Assembly (NCBI GenBank): GCA_004347965.1
Contig: QNVF01000001.1
Coordinates: 43,724-107,723, forward strand
Direction: 5' to 3'
Length of the DNA stretch: 64,000 nucleotides
Source of the DNA: Candidatus Nezhaarchaeota archaeon WYZ-LMO8
GTDB taxonomy: Archaea; Thermoproteota; Methanomethylicia; Nezhaarchaeales; WYZ-LMO8
Of the stretch, positions 1 to 10,855 are shown piece after piece; position 1 is the first letter of the stretch; the number at the start of each line of letters is the position of its first letter. Both the position numbers and the translations under genes were made by a program. The notes below the pieces were generated by a model. That model had not been told where the DNA came from. It saw only the letters and a program-made list of their open reading frames with translations, and did not search any database.

Positions 1-111
1 AGTTACATCATGGATTAAAACTTTTTCTGGAAAATTAAGATTTTTTCTAATTTCTTCAACAAAATTGTAATGACTAACAAACCATTTATCTGTTTTCCAC
101 GGCTCGTTCAA
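1..111 (-). CDS. 5' part of a hypothetical protein; the gene continues beyond the window start
   Basis: Open frame on the minus strand running to the window edge (LNEPWKTDKWFVSHYNFVEEIRKNLNFPEKVLIHDVT...). Candidate TTG start at 111 with a GGGGGA Shine-Dalgarno-like motif 6 nt upstream. No family recognised. Confidence 0.3.
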   Translation of the reverse strand, partial: MNEPWKTDKWFVSHYNFVEEIRKNLNFPEKVLIHDVT

Positions 112-410
112 AGTTAATCCCCCAGATCTTCCGCAATATTTTCCAACAAACTACATGTGTGAAATATATAAATTTTTGTGAATATTCTCTCAAAACTAAG
201 ACCTTTAGTAGAGTTAAAATTTGGGATAAAACGCCCTGAAAGACATTTCAATTGACTCTAACTATATGGTAAATAAAGTTCTATTAGCGAATTTTGGCAT
301 AAAAGTTGGAAGGTGTGAGCAAGACCATTTTCTCAACGTCTTAGGAGACGGTGGCTTTTTAAGCTGATTAAAATTTATTTAGATGCCTAAAAGATATTAC
401 ATGGTTATGC

Positions 411-947
411 ATGGACGAAGGAAAGAATGACTTAATAAATGGAGCGCGAATGCGTATGCAGAAAATAAAGTTGACTATTAATGGAAAGCTTTACGAATTG
501 ATATTGGGTTATGAGGTTCAACCTTGGCATACTTTGGCTTTTACGTTAAGAGAAAAGTTGGGGTTGACTGGCACTAAAATAGGATGTGATAGAGGGGAAT
601 GTGGAGCATGCACGGTCCTCATGGATGGAAGACCGATTTTGAGCTGCCTAACTTTAACTGTTGAGTGTGATGGAAAGAACATTGAAACTATTGAAGGTCT
701 TCTCAACTCTAAAACCGGAAAGCTCCACCCAATCCAAGAGGCTTTCATTGAAAGTGGGGCTTTTCAATGTGGTTTCTGTACTCCAGGGATGATCATGTCG
801 GCAAAAGCCCTTCTTCAACGAAACCCAAATCCAACGCTAGAAGAGATCAGAGAAGCTATGTCAGGCAATCTCTGTAGGTGTACTGGTTACATACCCATAT
901 TTAACGCGATAATGAAAGCTGCAGAAAAAATGAGGGGTATGACATGA
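411..947 (+). CDS. Molybdenum-hydroxylase small subunit, [2Fe-2S] (CoxS/XdhC-type ferredoxin subunit)
   Basis: Two 2Fe-2S cysteine motifs, CDRGECGACTV and QCGFCTPGM...CRCTGY, typical of the small subunit of the xanthine dehydrogenase / CO dehydrogenase family. First gene of the S-L-M operon. Confidence 0.9.
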   Translation: MDEGKNDLINGARMRMQKIKLTINGKLYELILGYEVQPWHTLAFTLREKLGLTGTKIGCDRGECGACTVLMDGRPILSCLTLTVECDGKNIETIEGLLNSKTGKLHPIQEAFIESGAFQCGFCTPGMIMSAKALLQRNPNPTLEEIREAMSGNLCRCTGYIPIFNAIMKAAEKMRGMT

Positions 948-3340
948 GCTTTAAGATTATAAAGAGCGAGAAGGCAGAACAGAAATACAAGGAATGGAAA
1001 GTTTTAGGTAAGCCAATACCCTGTGTGAATAGCTACCTTAAAGTTACTGGTAAAGCAGCATTTACTGATGATATAATCCGGCCAAACATGCTTTACGGCA
1101 AAATCCTTCGTAGCCCGTTCGCACATGCAAAGATAGTGAAAATAGATGCAAGCGAGGCTGAAGCCCTACCAGGTGTATCTAGCGTGATAACTTATAAAGA
1201 TGTGGAGACAATGGGGGTTTCTCAAAAACCACCAGCCTACATTCTAACTGACAGAGTATTTTATGTTGGTGATGTTGTAGCAGCAGTAGCAGCAGAGGAT
1301 GAAGCTATAGCTGAAGAGGCTTTAGACCTTATTAAAGTAGAATATGAGCCCCTTCCATTTTGGCTTACCCCCGAGGAGGCATCATCCGCTCAACCAATGC
1401 ACCCCGAAGTCACTAAAGACAATATCGTTGTTGGTATGTGGCCTCCTTACTACAGGAGTGTAGGCGATATAAAGGAGGGATTTAAGGGGTCTGATATAAT
1501 AGTTGATGTGGAGTTTAGGAAGCCTAATATAAAGCATATGTTTTTGGAGAATTTTACGGCTGTAGCTGAGTGGAGAGGCGATGAACTACATGTTTGGTCC
1601 CATCCGCAAGTCGGTGCTGTGTCTTTTGCAATGATGCTTGCGTCAATTTTCAATGTACCGACAAATAAAGTCCATGTTTACCAATGCTTCATAGGTGGTG
1701 GCTTTGGAGGCAAGATGGGGGACGCTCCATTAAGGGTAGCGGCTCTGGCTGCAATGTTAGCCAAGAAATCTGGCAGACCTGTAAAAATTAGAACTAATAT
1801 TCGTGAACATTTTGTTGAAGGTGCTGTACTGGATCCAGGGATATCTACTTTCAAGTATAAAATAGGGGCCGATAAATTGGGTAATCTTAAGGCCATTGAT
1901 GCTACAGTATGGGCTGGTCAGGGCGAAAGGTCAATTAACCTTGGGATTGTATACTGCGGCGATACTATTTTCAACACTTATCGTATACCTAACAGATCTT
2001 TCAAGGCTTATCCATACTACACTAATACACCTATGTCGCAAGCTCTTCGCGCTTATGGCTCTCAGGCAGGTGTACCGCCTTTAGAAGAAGCTGTAAACGA
2101 AATTGCGGAAAAATTAGGTATGGATCCTGTAGACTTCATAATTAAGAATGGATTAAGGGATGGCGATATAGTTACCCAATACCTTCATAATGATTTTCAG
2201 CTTGCAGGGGGCAGCCTTCCTGAACTGGTGCAGAAAGCCGCGGAGATATTTAATTGGAAAGAGAAATGGAAAGGATGGAGTGTACCTACAGAAATTTCTG
2301 GTTCTAAGAGAAGGGGTATTGGGCTTGCTGTGGCAACGCACACGGCATGGGGGGTTCCTCAACCAGATAGGGTAAAGGATACGGTGATTATTAAAGTAAA
2401 CGTGAATGATGGCACGGTTGAGTGGGTGACTGATGGCAGAGATATTGGATCAGGATTCGATACGGTTGTAAGCCAAGTTATTGCGGAAGTATTAGGAATC
2501 GACATTAAAGACATTATACACGCACCACCACAATCAGTTGGTCAACCAATTGGAGGTTGGACATTTGCAAGCAAGGCCCTTCAATCAACAGTTTTCGCAG
2601 CATATAATGCGGCTAATAACTTAAAGCGAAATATAATTACGGCAGCAGCTTCTATCCTAAACGTTGATCCCAATAGGCTAGTATTAGATTTAAAGGGTAC
2701 TCGCATATATGTTGCAGGCGATCCAACACGCTATGTTAAGCTTTCAAAAATTGGAGAGATATATGGTGGCATATTGATAGGAATAGGTTCATGTCCCTCT
2801 CACTATGAGGGGCCGGAATCCTATATGGACCCAGTGACTGGCAGAAGACTTGGCATGAAAGGTATGTTCTGCTCATTTGCTGAGGTCGAAGTGGATATTG
2901 AAACCGGAAAAATAGATGTTATTAAGTTAATGGTCGCAACTCAGCCTGGCATGATATTAAATCCATTAATGGTTTATGGCCAACTTATTGGTTCAGCGGT
3001 GCATGGTATGGGTTGTATGTTGTGGGAAGGAATAATATATGACGAGAAGACGGGTACGCCATTAAATGCAAGCTTTATTGAGTATCCTATCCCAACAGCC
3101 CTTGATGTTACTGAAGATCAGTTTGTTTGCGTCACAATAGTTGACCCAGATGATGCAAAACTTACACCTTATAGAGCCAAAGGTATTGCGGAAGGAATAT
3201 TTGCCGCAATGTGGCACTCAATCCACATGGCTGTTTATAATGCAATTGGTAGAAAAATAAGGGAATTTCCGCTACGACCTGAGAAGATATTGAGGGCTTT
3301 AGGAAAGGCTCCGTTCCCCCAGACGAAGGGGGTTGTGTGA
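944..3340 (+). CDS. Molybdenum-hydroxylase large (molybdopterin-binding) subunit, aldehyde oxidase / xanthine dehydrogenase family
   Basis: 798 aa with the GGGFGGK motif and Ald_Xan_dh_C-like architecture. Start overlaps the small-subunit stop (ATGA). No VAYRCSFR CODH form-I active-site loop, so the substrate is unknown. Confidence 0.9.
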   Translation: MSFKIIKSEKAEQKYKEWKVLGKPIPCVNSYLKVTGKAAFTDDIIRPNMLYGKILRSPFAHAKIVKIDASEAEALPGVSSVITYKDVETMGVSQKPPAYILTDRVFYVGDVVAAVAAEDEAIAEEALDLIKVEYEPLPFWLTPEEASSAQPMHPEVTKDNIVVGMWPPYYRSVGDIKEGFKGSDIIVDVEFRKPNIKHMFLENFTAVAEWRGDELHVWSHPQVGAVSFAMMLASIFNVPTNKVHVYQCFIGGGFGGKMGDAPLRVAALAAMLAKKSGRPVKIRTNIREHFVEGAVLDPGISTFKYKIGADKLGNLKAIDATVWAGQGERSINLGIVYCGDTIFNTYRIPNRSFKAYPYYTNTPMSQALRAYGSQAGVPPLEEAVNEIAEKLGMDPVDFIIKNGLRDGDIVTQYLHNDFQLAGGSLPELVQKAAEIFNWKEKWKGWSVPTEISGSKRRGIGLAVATHTAWGVPQPDRVKDTVIIKVNVNDGTVEWVTDGRDIGSGFDTVVSQVIAEVLGIDIKDIIHAPPQSVGQPIGGWTFASKALQSTVFAAYNAANNLKRNIITAAASILNVDPNRLVLDLKGTRIYVAGDPTRYVKLSKIGEIYGGILIGIGSCPSHYEGPESYMDPVTGRRLGMKGMFCSFAEVEVDIETGKIDVIKLMVATQPGMILNPLMVYGQLIGSAVHGMGCMLWEGIIYDEKTGTPLNASFIEYPIPTALDVTEDQFVCVTIVDPDDAKLTPYRAKGIAEGIFAAMWHSIHMAVYNAIGRKIREFPLRPEKILRALGKAPFPQTKGVV

Positions 3341-4335
3341 TGAAGAGGTTTGAGCACTTCAATGCAAAAACTATTGATGAGGCCATTCTGCTACTCGAAA
3401 AGTATGACGGGGAAGCAAAGGTTATTGCTGGTGGAACAGACTTGATCAGAGTCTTGAAAGATGATATCTTGCCTAAATATCCAAAGGCTATCATCAATTT
3501 GAAAACAATAGCGAACTTAGAATACATCAAAGAGGAGAACGGAGTTTTAAAGATCGGATCTCTCACAAGGTTGAGTGACGTAGCGTCTTCCTCTCTTATA
3601 AAGACTAAATATAATTTACTTTCTGAAGCATGTCGTTCTGTTGGAACGCCGCAGATTCGAAATATGGGAACTATCGGGGGGAACTTATGCCAAGACGTCC
3701 AATGCTGGTATTATAGGGCATCAAAATCGCTTGGAAAAGTTTTTCATTGTCTTCGAAAAGGCGGAAACGTCTGTTATGCAGTTTCAGGTGATAATCGCTT
3801 CCACTCCATCTTTGGGGGCAAAGGATGCGTAGCCGTATGCCCATCTGATGTCGCTATCGCTTTAACAGCTTTAGATGCATTAGTAAAAACTAAAGGCCCT
3901 TTAGGCGAGAGAGTTTTTCCAGTTAGTGAGCTCTATAAAGATGCTGCACTAAATCTTGGGAGAAGTGAAATAGTTACGGAGATTCAGGTTCCAGAACCTC
4001 CCCCAGAAGCTAGGCAAATATGGATCAAATTTAGACTACGTAATTCTCTCGATTTCGCTATAGTTAGTGTTGCGGTGATGTTAACGTTAGAGGAAGGTGT
4101 GTGTAAAGATGTAAGGATAGCGCTAGGTGGAGTGGCTCCAACACCTAAAAGGCTAAAGGAAGTAGAAGATTTTCTAAAAGGTAACTATATTAATAGTGAG
4201 ACGGCAGAGAAGGCTGGTAAAATGGCCGTAGCTAAAGCATTTCCCCTTTCTCATAACGCGTACAAGATTCCTATAACAGAAAGTCTGGTGAAAAGGGTTA
4301 TTTTGATGGCAAAAGATCATCGCACATTGACCTGA
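3337..4335 (+). CDS. Molybdenum-hydroxylase medium FAD-binding subunit (CoxM-like)
   Basis: FAD_binding_5 signatures (AGGTDL, GTIGGN). Start overlaps the large-subunit stop. Confidence 0.85.
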   Translation: MMKRFEHFNAKTIDEAILLLEKYDGEAKVIAGGTDLIRVLKDDILPKYPKAIINLKTIANLEYIKEENGVLKIGSLTRLSDVASSSLIKTKYNLLSEACRSVGTPQIRNMGTIGGNLCQDVQCWYYRASKSLGKVFHCLRKGGNVCYAVSGDNRFHSIFGGKGCVAVCPSDVAIALTALDALVKTKGPLGERVFPVSELYKDAALNLGRSEIVTEIQVPEPPPEARQIWIKFRLRNSLDFAIVSVAVMLTLEEGVCKDVRIALGGVAPTPKRLKEVEDFLKGNYINSETAEKAGKMAVAKAFPLSHNAYKIPITESLVKRVILMAKDHRTLT

Positions 4336-4364
4336 AACGCTAAAGGCTCTTTGGTGAAGAGAAC

Positions 4365-5168
4365 GTGGTGACAGATGTAGAGACTTTAGAGATACTATTA
4401 CGTCTTCTAAAGAGGGGGAAGAGAGTTGCTTTATCTACTATTATAGATAAAAAAGGCTCTGGGCCGAGAGAGCCTGGGGCAAAAATGATTGTATGTGAAG
4501 ATGGCCAGACTTTTGGGACGATTGGTGGGGGAAATCTTGAAAGAGCTATAATTAATGAATCGTTAAATGCCTTGAAGCTAGATAAGCCAATGAAGGTTGT
4601 TCTCTCATTATCTAATAGAGATATCGAGGAAGGTATAAAAACTGGGTTAATATGCGGAGGTGAATTGACAGTGTTTATCGATATATTCAGACCAAACCCA
4701 AAAATAATTCTTATAGGCGCTGGCCATGTATCTCAGGCTATCGCAAGAATAGCGGAGATTATTGGTTTTGAGATAATTGTATTGGACGATGATGCCCAGC
4801 TTGCTAATAAGGAACGTTTTCCAATGGCTAAGGAAATACTTGTAGGCGACTTTAGTGAGATATTGGATAATTTGAAAATTGGCCCCTACGATTTTGTTGT
4901 CATAGCGCATGGAGAACCTGGACATGATTATTTGGCATTGGAGAGGGTTCTCAGAAAGAAGCCAGTATATGTGGGTTTGCTTGGAAGTAAAACAAAAGCA
5001 TTAAGACTCATAGAAAGGCTCAGAGAGACAGGGCTAGAGGAGAAAGATCTAAAGCCATTGCACGCTCCAGTAGGATTAGATATTGGGGCTCAAACGCCTG
5101 AAGAAATAGCAATAAGCATTCTCGCCGAAATAATACTCAAGAGAAGGAAGGACCTACCACATCAGTAA
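4365..5168 (+). CDS. XdhC/CoxI family molybdenum-cofactor insertion/accessory protein
   Basis: XdhC_CoxI N-domain plus Rossmann-like C-domain (IILIGAGHVSQAIARIA). Position immediately after the S-L-M genes. Confidence 0.8.
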   Translation: MVTDVETLEILLRLLKRGKRVALSTIIDKKGSGPREPGAKMIVCEDGQTFGTIGGGNLERAIINESLNALKLDKPMKVVLSLSNRDIEEGIKTGLICGGELTVFIDIFRPNPKIILIGAGHVSQAIARIAEIIGFEIIVLDDDAQLANKERFPMAKEILVGDFSEILDNLKIGPYDFVVIAHGEPGHDYLALERVLRKKPVYVGLLGSKTKALRLIERLRETGLEEKDLKPLHAPVGLDIGAQTPEEIAISILAEIILKRRKDLPHQ

Positions 5169-5176
5169 TTTCAAAT

Positions 5177-5809
5177 TTGAAGGCGAAAACTTTGATTTCT
5201 CTTATTGTGTTAGCTGCAGGTTCATCAATAAGATTTGGTAGAAATAAATTGTTGGAGAAAATAGGTGGAATCTCCATAATTGAAAGGGTAGTTAAGAGCG
5301 CTGTCTCTTCAAAAGCTGATGAAGTTGTAGTCGTACTTGGATATGAGTCAGAAAAAATTAGAGCGGTTCTTAAGAATTTTAATTGTAAGTTTGTGTTTAA
5401 TGAGAACTTTAGAGAAGGGCAAAGCTCCTCTGTTAAGGCTGGAGTTAGATCTGTTATGGGATACGCTGACGCGGTGATGATACTTCCAGGGGATTTGGCA
5501 TTGATTACACCAGCATCTATTAACAAAGTTATTGAAGAATATGAGAAAAGCGGAGCCCCGGTAGTAGTTGCAAGTTATAGAGGATTTTTAGGACACCCAA
5601 TACTCTTCGATAAATCACTTTTTAATGAAATAATGAAAATAAGTGAGGAGAAGGAGGGCTTAAAGGCTATTGTAAACCAATATAGGGATTTAATAAAGAA
5701 AGCGGAAGTAAACTCAGATGAGGTCTTAATTGATATTGATTATGAAGAGGATATTTTAAAAATTCTCCATCGTTTTCAATCATTTAATAAAGGCTTAATT
5801 GAAAATTAA
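5177..5809 (+). CDS. MobA/MocA-like molybdenum cofactor nucleotidyltransferase (probable CTP:molybdopterin cytidylyltransferase)
   Basis: N-terminal LAAGSSIRFG-NKLL motif of the MobA-like NTP transferases. Apparent TTG start. Co-located with the Mo-hydroxylase genes. Confidence 0.7.
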   Translation: MKAKTLISLIVLAAGSSIRFGRNKLLEKIGGISIIERVVKSAVSSKADEVVVVLGYESEKIRAVLKNFNCKFVFNENFREGQSSSVKAGVRSVMGYADAVMILPGDLALITPASINKVIEEYEKSGAPVVVASYRGFLGHPILFDKSLFNEIMKISEEKEGLKAIVNQYRDLIKKAEVNSDEVLIDIDYEEDILKILHRFQSFNKGLIEN

Positions 5810-5961
5810 AATCGATGATTTTTAGCAGTACAACTTGGCATGTAGCATTAGTTAAGGGCGGATAATATACTAATCCATTGCTTAAATAAAACTTGCCTAA
5901 TTTTTTGAGATAAATTTTTAAAATTAACTATAAATATGTTCCTTCCTAAGGAGGGTCGTGC

Positions 5962-7203
5962 TTGGAAGATGGTGATTTATTCGGCTTAATTCAGGCGAAG
6001 GTTTGGAGAAGCAAGTTTTCACCTTCACCTGAGCTTCCGGAGGAAGAATATCAAAGAAAGCCCTTCATATTTGATATTGAAACACATGTGTGGGATGGAA
6101 GACATAGATCGAGGGTCCCGCTACTGGATGATTTTCTAAAAGGCGTCGAGTTAAGGGTTGCATGGTACCGAATGGAGAAGGAATGTGACCTCACGCACAT
6201 AACTTTAGACCGATATATGCGTGAGTTATACGTGGAAAGTGAGTGCGACATGGCTTTTGTTTGCTCACTTCAGTCCTTTGGAGTAAGAAAGCCGGAGATA
6301 GAACGCTATATAGCTGAACCTGAAGATGTAGCAGCAGCTCAGAAAGCGTACCCCCATAGAAATATTGCTGCAGGATTGATCGCTCCTGTAATTGCGGGAG
6401 ATGAAGGAATAGAGTATATCGAATACCAAGTGAGGAGACTTGGTATAAGAGTCTGGTCAGAGACTTATAACTATGTACGGAGACCCAATGCGCCTCGCGG
6501 GCAACGTGTGGTGAATTGGCGTTATGACGATGAAAAACGCGTATATCCTATCCTAGAAAAGCTTGTTGAACTAAATGCCCCCATTCTTTGTCTCTCGGGC
6601 CCCCGTCCTGGTGATGGAAGATGTGACTGGAGCGACGTTGATATTGCCGCTAAAAACTTTCCAGAGTTAACCTTCATAATTTACCACTTTGGAGGGATAT
6701 ATTACAAGTCCGCTGCGCATGCCGCTGCCAGCAATAAGAATGTTTTTATAGGATGGAATGTGAAACATGATCCACTTCGGAGCGTGCCAGAGCGATACAT
6801 AGAACGCTTTGGCGAAATCTTCGCGATTACTGGTCCAGAAAAGATTGTATGGGGCACAGATTGGCCAGCAACTGGGTATATGCAATTTCAGATAGAGATG
6901 TGTAAGGCTTTTCAATTTCCAAAAGAGATAAGGTTGAAGTATGCATTGCCAGAACTTACTGAGAAAGATAAGAGAAGAATGTTTGGCTTAAACATGGCTG
7001 AGATTCTCAAGAAACACGGCTTTATAGAGAGCCTTGAGGAGCATCTTAAGAAGATAAGGGAAGACGAATTTAGTCGAGAAGCCGCCAGAATCTTACCCAC
7101 GCTTAAGGCGAAATACAAGAAATTACTTATGGATTTGCATCCATGGTGGAGAGATCAGGAACACTGGTTAATTTGGAAATATGAAGAGAGCCCCTTTCAA
7201 TAA
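5962..7203 (+). CDS. Amidohydrolase-2 family (TIM-barrel metal-dependent hydrolase/decarboxylase) protein
   Basis: FDIETHVWD metal-binding motif near the N-terminus and WGTDWP near the C-terminus. The N-terminal ~30 aa and the start codon are uncertain. Confidence 0.65.
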   Translation: MEDGDLFGLIQAKVWRSKFSPSPELPEEEYQRKPFIFDIETHVWDGRHRSRVPLLDDFLKGVELRVAWYRMEKECDLTHITLDRYMRELYVESECDMAFVCSLQSFGVRKPEIERYIAEPEDVAAAQKAYPHRNIAAGLIAPVIAGDEGIEYIEYQVRRLGIRVWSETYNYVRRPNAPRGQRVVNWRYDDEKRVYPILEKLVELNAPILCLSGPRPGDGRCDWSDVDIAAKNFPELTFIIYHFGGIYYKSAAHAAASNKNVFIGWNVKHDPLRSVPERYIERFGEIFAITGPEKIVWGTDWPATGYMQFQIEMCKAFQFPKEIRLKYALPELTEKDKRRMFGLNMAEILKKHGFIESLEEHLKKIREDEFSREAARILPTLKAKYKKLLMDLHPWWRDQEHWLIWKYEESPFQ

Positions 7204-7352
7204 GATAAGTCAATTTTACTTTGATCTGCAATAAGGAGGAGCAATAGGCTCCCTTTAATTTATCTCCAACTATGCCGAAAGAATTAAATATGTTACATAT
7301 ATTGCTTATGAGTATACGTATAATGGTTATCCCTCAAAAAGAGGGTTGGTCC

Positions 7353-8396
7353 ATGATAATTGATATAGATATGCATTGGCTTCCAGAGAATCTGTTTTCT
7401 GATAAAAAATTGTTAAGGCAGCTGCTAGAGATTGTTCCACGGGCTTACGGTGAGTATGCCTCAGTTACCACGATACCTGGAACCGATAAAATGCAAATAA
7501 TTATAGAGAAGCCAAAGGGATATGTAAACCTAAATTACACCGAACTTGATGTAAGTCCTAGCAAGAGATTGGAGGATATGAAAGAAGCTGGCGTTGATAA
7601 AGCAATTCTTAGGATAACCTGCTGGCAAGAATGGTTAACGTTAGACTTATGTAAAAAGTTTAATGATCTTTTAGCAGCCTACATAAATGAGCACGCTGAT
7701 AAATTTCTAGGTCTTGCCGTTGTGCCTCCATGGGGGAATGAAGAATCCCTTGAGGAAATGGATAGGTGCATTAAGGATCTTGGGTTTTCAGGAATACAAT
7801 GTGTTGCCCGTTATGGAACGCTTTACTTAGATGAAGAAGAGTTTAGACCGTTCTTCAAAAAGGTTAATCAGCTTGGCGTGCCACTAGTTGTTCATCATAC
7901 CCCGCTACCGGTGGAATACAATAGCATTTATAAGTACACTAATCTCCGTCGGCAATATGGAAGATGTATGGTTCAAATGATATCCTTAAGCAGGATTCTT
8001 TTCAGCGGATTGCTTGATGATTTTCCTAACCTGGTATTGATTTTCACAATGTTGGGAGGAGGCTTCTTTGCCTATACTAAAATGCTTGCAGGGGAAAGAT
8101 CAAAAACATGGGAGGAAATTGAGCGTTTCGACCCAGCAGCTGAGAAAGTCAGAAAATATTTGGATAAGAACATTTACTTTGAGCTTACCGCACCAACTAT
8201 CTGGTCAAAACATCAACTAGAGTGTGCTGTGAAAGAATTGGGTGCAGATCATATCTTATTCGGAAGCGGTTATCCTGTTAGACGAGAATGGCTGCTTAAA
8301 GGCGTGGAGTATATTAGAAGTCTAGACGTAAGTGAAAAAGAGAAAGAACAAATTTTAGGTGAGAATGCCATCTCTCTTTTTAAAATAAAGGTTTAA
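7353..8396 (+). CDS. Amidohydrolase-2 family protein
   Basis: MIIDIDMHW motif at the N-terminus and HILFGSGYP near the C-terminus. ATG at 7353 preceded by GAGGGT 7 nt upstream. The ORF track's longer start at 7272 is probably upstream read-through. Confidence 0.65.
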   Translation: MIIDIDMHWLPENLFSDKKLLRQLLEIVPRAYGEYASVTTIPGTDKMQIIIEKPKGYVNLNYTELDVSPSKRLEDMKEAGVDKAILRITCWQEWLTLDLCKKFNDLLAAYINEHADKFLGLAVVPPWGNEESLEEMDRCIKDLGFSGIQCVARYGTLYLDEEEFRPFFKKVNQLGVPLVVHHTPLPVEYNSIYKYTNLRRQYGRCMVQMISLSRILFSGLLDDFPNLVLIFTMLGGGFFAYTKMLAGERSKTWEEIERFDPAAEKVRKYLDKNIYFELTAPTIWSKHQLECAVKELGADHILFGSGYPVRREWLLKGVEYIRSLDVSEKEKEQILGENAISLFKIKV

Positions 8397-8516
8397 TCCC
8401 CCTATCTTTTATGCTGATAACATGAAGCGATGCTTATGTTAATTAGTGCTTGGAAGTTTTGCGAAAAATTTTTAGTAGTTGTAATGTAATTATAAAAAGC
8501 ATCAATTGGGGGGGTT

Positions 8517-9269
8517 ATGACGAATAACCTCATCTTAAAGACGGAGGGTTTAAGTAAATCCTTTGGTGGGATTAAAGCGTTAGATAACGTTTCTGTAGAC
8601 GTCAATAAGGGCGAAGTTATTGGCATTATTGGACCTAATGGTTCAGGAAAAACAACGCTTTTTAGGCTCATAATGGGCATTTATAGGCCGGACTCCGGAA
8701 AGATTATTTTTGAAGGAGAAAATTTGACTGGTCTACCCTCCTATCGTGTATGTCAGAAAGGAATTGCACTTGCACATCAGATTCCAAAGCCCTTTTCAAG
8801 GCTAACAGTAATGGAGAACCTTTTAGTGGCAGCTCTTTCTGGTGGAAGAATGACTAGAAAAAGTGCAGAAGAATATTGTCAAACAGTGTTAAAACTTACC
8901 GGGTTATATAAAGTTAAAGATAAGCTTGCCGGAAGTTTATTGCCCCTTGAACTTAAAAGGCTTGAGATCGCTCGTGCACTTGCCTCAAAGCCTAAGCTTA
9001 TACTTCTTGATGAACCTGCAGCCGGGATGCGTGAAAAAGATGTAGATGAGCTACTAGAGATTATTAAGTTAATAAATTCCGAAGGTGTGACGGTTATGCT
9101 AGTTGAGCACAGAATGGAGGTTGTTGTTAAAGCTGTAGAGCGTTTAATTGCTTTAAACCGGGGAACCATTGTAGCGCAGGGTCCTGTAAAGGAAGTTATG
9201 AACTCCAAAATTGTTTCAGAGATTTATCTTGGCAGAAGGTTTCGTGAGTATGTCGGAGCTTCTACTTGA
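8517..9269 (+). CDS. livG: ABC transporter ATP-binding protein, LivG-like (branched-chain amino acid / hydrophobic substrate importer)
   Basis: Walker A GPNGSGKTT, signature and Walker B motifs. First of a G-F-H-M-K gene set. Confidence 0.85.
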   Translation: MTNNLILKTEGLSKSFGGIKALDNVSVDVNKGEVIGIIGPNGSGKTTLFRLIMGIYRPDSGKIIFEGENLTGLPSYRVCQKGIALAHQIPKPFSRLTVMENLLVAALSGGRMTRKSAEEYCQTVLKLTGLYKVKDKLAGSLLPLELKRLEIARALASKPKLILLDEPAAGMREKDVDELLEIIKLINSEGVTVMLVEHRMEVVVKAVERLIALNRGTIVAQGPVKEVMNSKIVSEIYLGRRFREYVGAST

Positions 9270-9966
9270 ATTAAAAGATATCAGCGTATCTTACGACGAA
9301 ATACAGGTTATATGGGATGCCAATTTAAATATTAAAAGAGGTGAATGTGTCTCTCTCATTGGTGTAAATGGTTCTGGAAAGACTACTCTTCTTAAGACAA
9401 TAGCAGGCGTTGTCCATCCATTCGAGGGTGAAATATGGTTTAAAGGAACCATTAGAATAGATAAACTTAGTGCACATCAAATAGCTGCTTTAGGAATAAT
9501 TTATGTTCCAGAGGGTCGTAGAATTTTTACTAAAATGACTGTAAAAGAAAATCTATTGGTTGGAAATCATCTTAAAAAAAGTAAAAGAAAAGAGATGTTA
9601 CAGAGAGTATACGAACTTTTTCCAGTTCTAAAAGAAAGGGAGAATCAGATGGCTGGCACGCTTAGCGGTGGTGAACAGCAGATGTTAGCTATTGCTAGAG
9701 GCTTAATGGCGGATCCAGAAATTTTGTTGCTAGATGAAATCTCATTGGGATTATCCCCCATAGTCGTAGAACAGCTTTACGAAAAGATAAAAGAAATAAA
9801 CGAACAAGGGGTCAGTATTTTGGTTGTGGATGAGATCCCCTTACGTTGTCTACAAGTTAGCCATAGGGGCTATATCATTAGGTCAGGGCGGATAGTTTTT
9901 GAAGGGGATAGTAGTGATTTATTAAATAACAAAGACCTTAGGAAAATATACCTTGGTACTGATTAA
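9250..9966 (+). CDS. livF: ABC transporter ATP-binding protein, LivF-like
   Basis: Walker A GVNGSGKTT, LSGGEQQ signature. ATG at 9250 with GAAGGT upstream. The ORF track start at 9211 is likely read-through. Confidence 0.8.
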   Translation: MSELLLELKDISVSYDEIQVIWDANLNIKRGECVSLIGVNGSGKTTLLKTIAGVVHPFEGEIWFKGTIRIDKLSAHQIAALGIIYVPEGRRIFTKMTVKENLLVGNHLKKSKRKEMLQRVYELFPVLKERENQMAGTLSGGEQQMLAIARGLMADPEILLLDEISLGLSPIVVEQLYEKIKEINEQGVSILVVDEIPLRCLQVSHRGYIIRSGRIVFEGDSSDLLNNKDLRKIYLGTD

Positions 9967-9981
9967 TTTGGAGAGGATGAT

Positions 9982-10851
9982 ATGGCTCCGCCTGAAGTAA
10001 TATTGATGGGCACGTTTACTGGCGCGATTTATGGGCTGATAGGTATCGGTTTATCACTAATCTTTACCGGCATACGAAATATGATCAATCTTGCACACGG
10101 ACACTTAGCTGTATTGGCAGCTTATTTAGCTTTAACTTTAAGCAGTAATTCTATGCTTGACCCTCTCATCTGTGCTTTGTTGGTTGTTCCTATAGTTTTT
10201 GCCTTAGGAGCTATCATACAGTATGGGGCTGTAAATAGGTTGATATATAGGTCGCCTACAATTCCGTTAATCCTCTTTGCAGGAATAGCTTCTATTATTG
10301 AGAATGTTGCGCTTTTAGTATGGCATCCTGATCCAAGAAGCCTAGCCCCTCTAGCACCTTACTCTCTCTTGACGGTATCTCTTCTTGGCGTACGATTGCC
10401 TTTGATTTACCTGGTTGGATTTTTAATAAGCCTTGGCAGTATGCTTATTCTTTATACGTTTCTTAAGCATACGGATATCGGGAGAGCTATAAGAGCAGCT
10501 TCAGAGGATCCCGAGTATGCTGAATGCTTAGGAGTAGATACCAAAAAAATTTATGCTTATACTTTTGGCATTGGTGGAGCTTTGGCAGCCATTGCAGGGA
10601 TTATGGTGGGCTTAATTTACCTTTTCGTTCCATCTGATGGCTGGCCTTATACAATCCTTTCATTTGGTGTCATAGTGCTTGGTGGTGTAGGTAGTATGAG
10701 AGGAGCGTTTGTTGGGGGTGTGATTTTAGGCATCTCTCAACAACTTTCTGCCTATTACCTAGGTGTTGCATACCAATATTTCGTCGGTTATATCTTAATA
10801 TTAGCTGTACTTGCTCTGAGACCTCAGGGAATATTTGGTATGAGGGTGTAG
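9982..10851 (+). CDS. livH: ABC transporter permease, LivH-like
   Basis: Multi-pass hydrophobic protein in operon context with the Liv-type ATPases. Confidence 0.8.
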   Translation: MAPPEVILMGTFTGAIYGLIGIGLSLIFTGIRNMINLAHGHLAVLAAYLALTLSSNSMLDPLICALLVVPIVFALGAIIQYGAVNRLIYRSPTIPLILFAGIASIIENVALLVWHPDPRSLAPLAPYSLLTVSLLGVRLPLIYLVGFLISLGSMLILYTFLKHTDIGRAIRAASEDPEYAECLGVDTKKIYAYTFGIGGALAAIAGIMVGLIYLFVPSDGWPYTILSFGVIVLGGVGSMRGAFVGGVILGISQQLSAYYLGVAYQYFVGYILILAVLALRPQGIFGMRV

Positions 10852-10855
10852 TGGT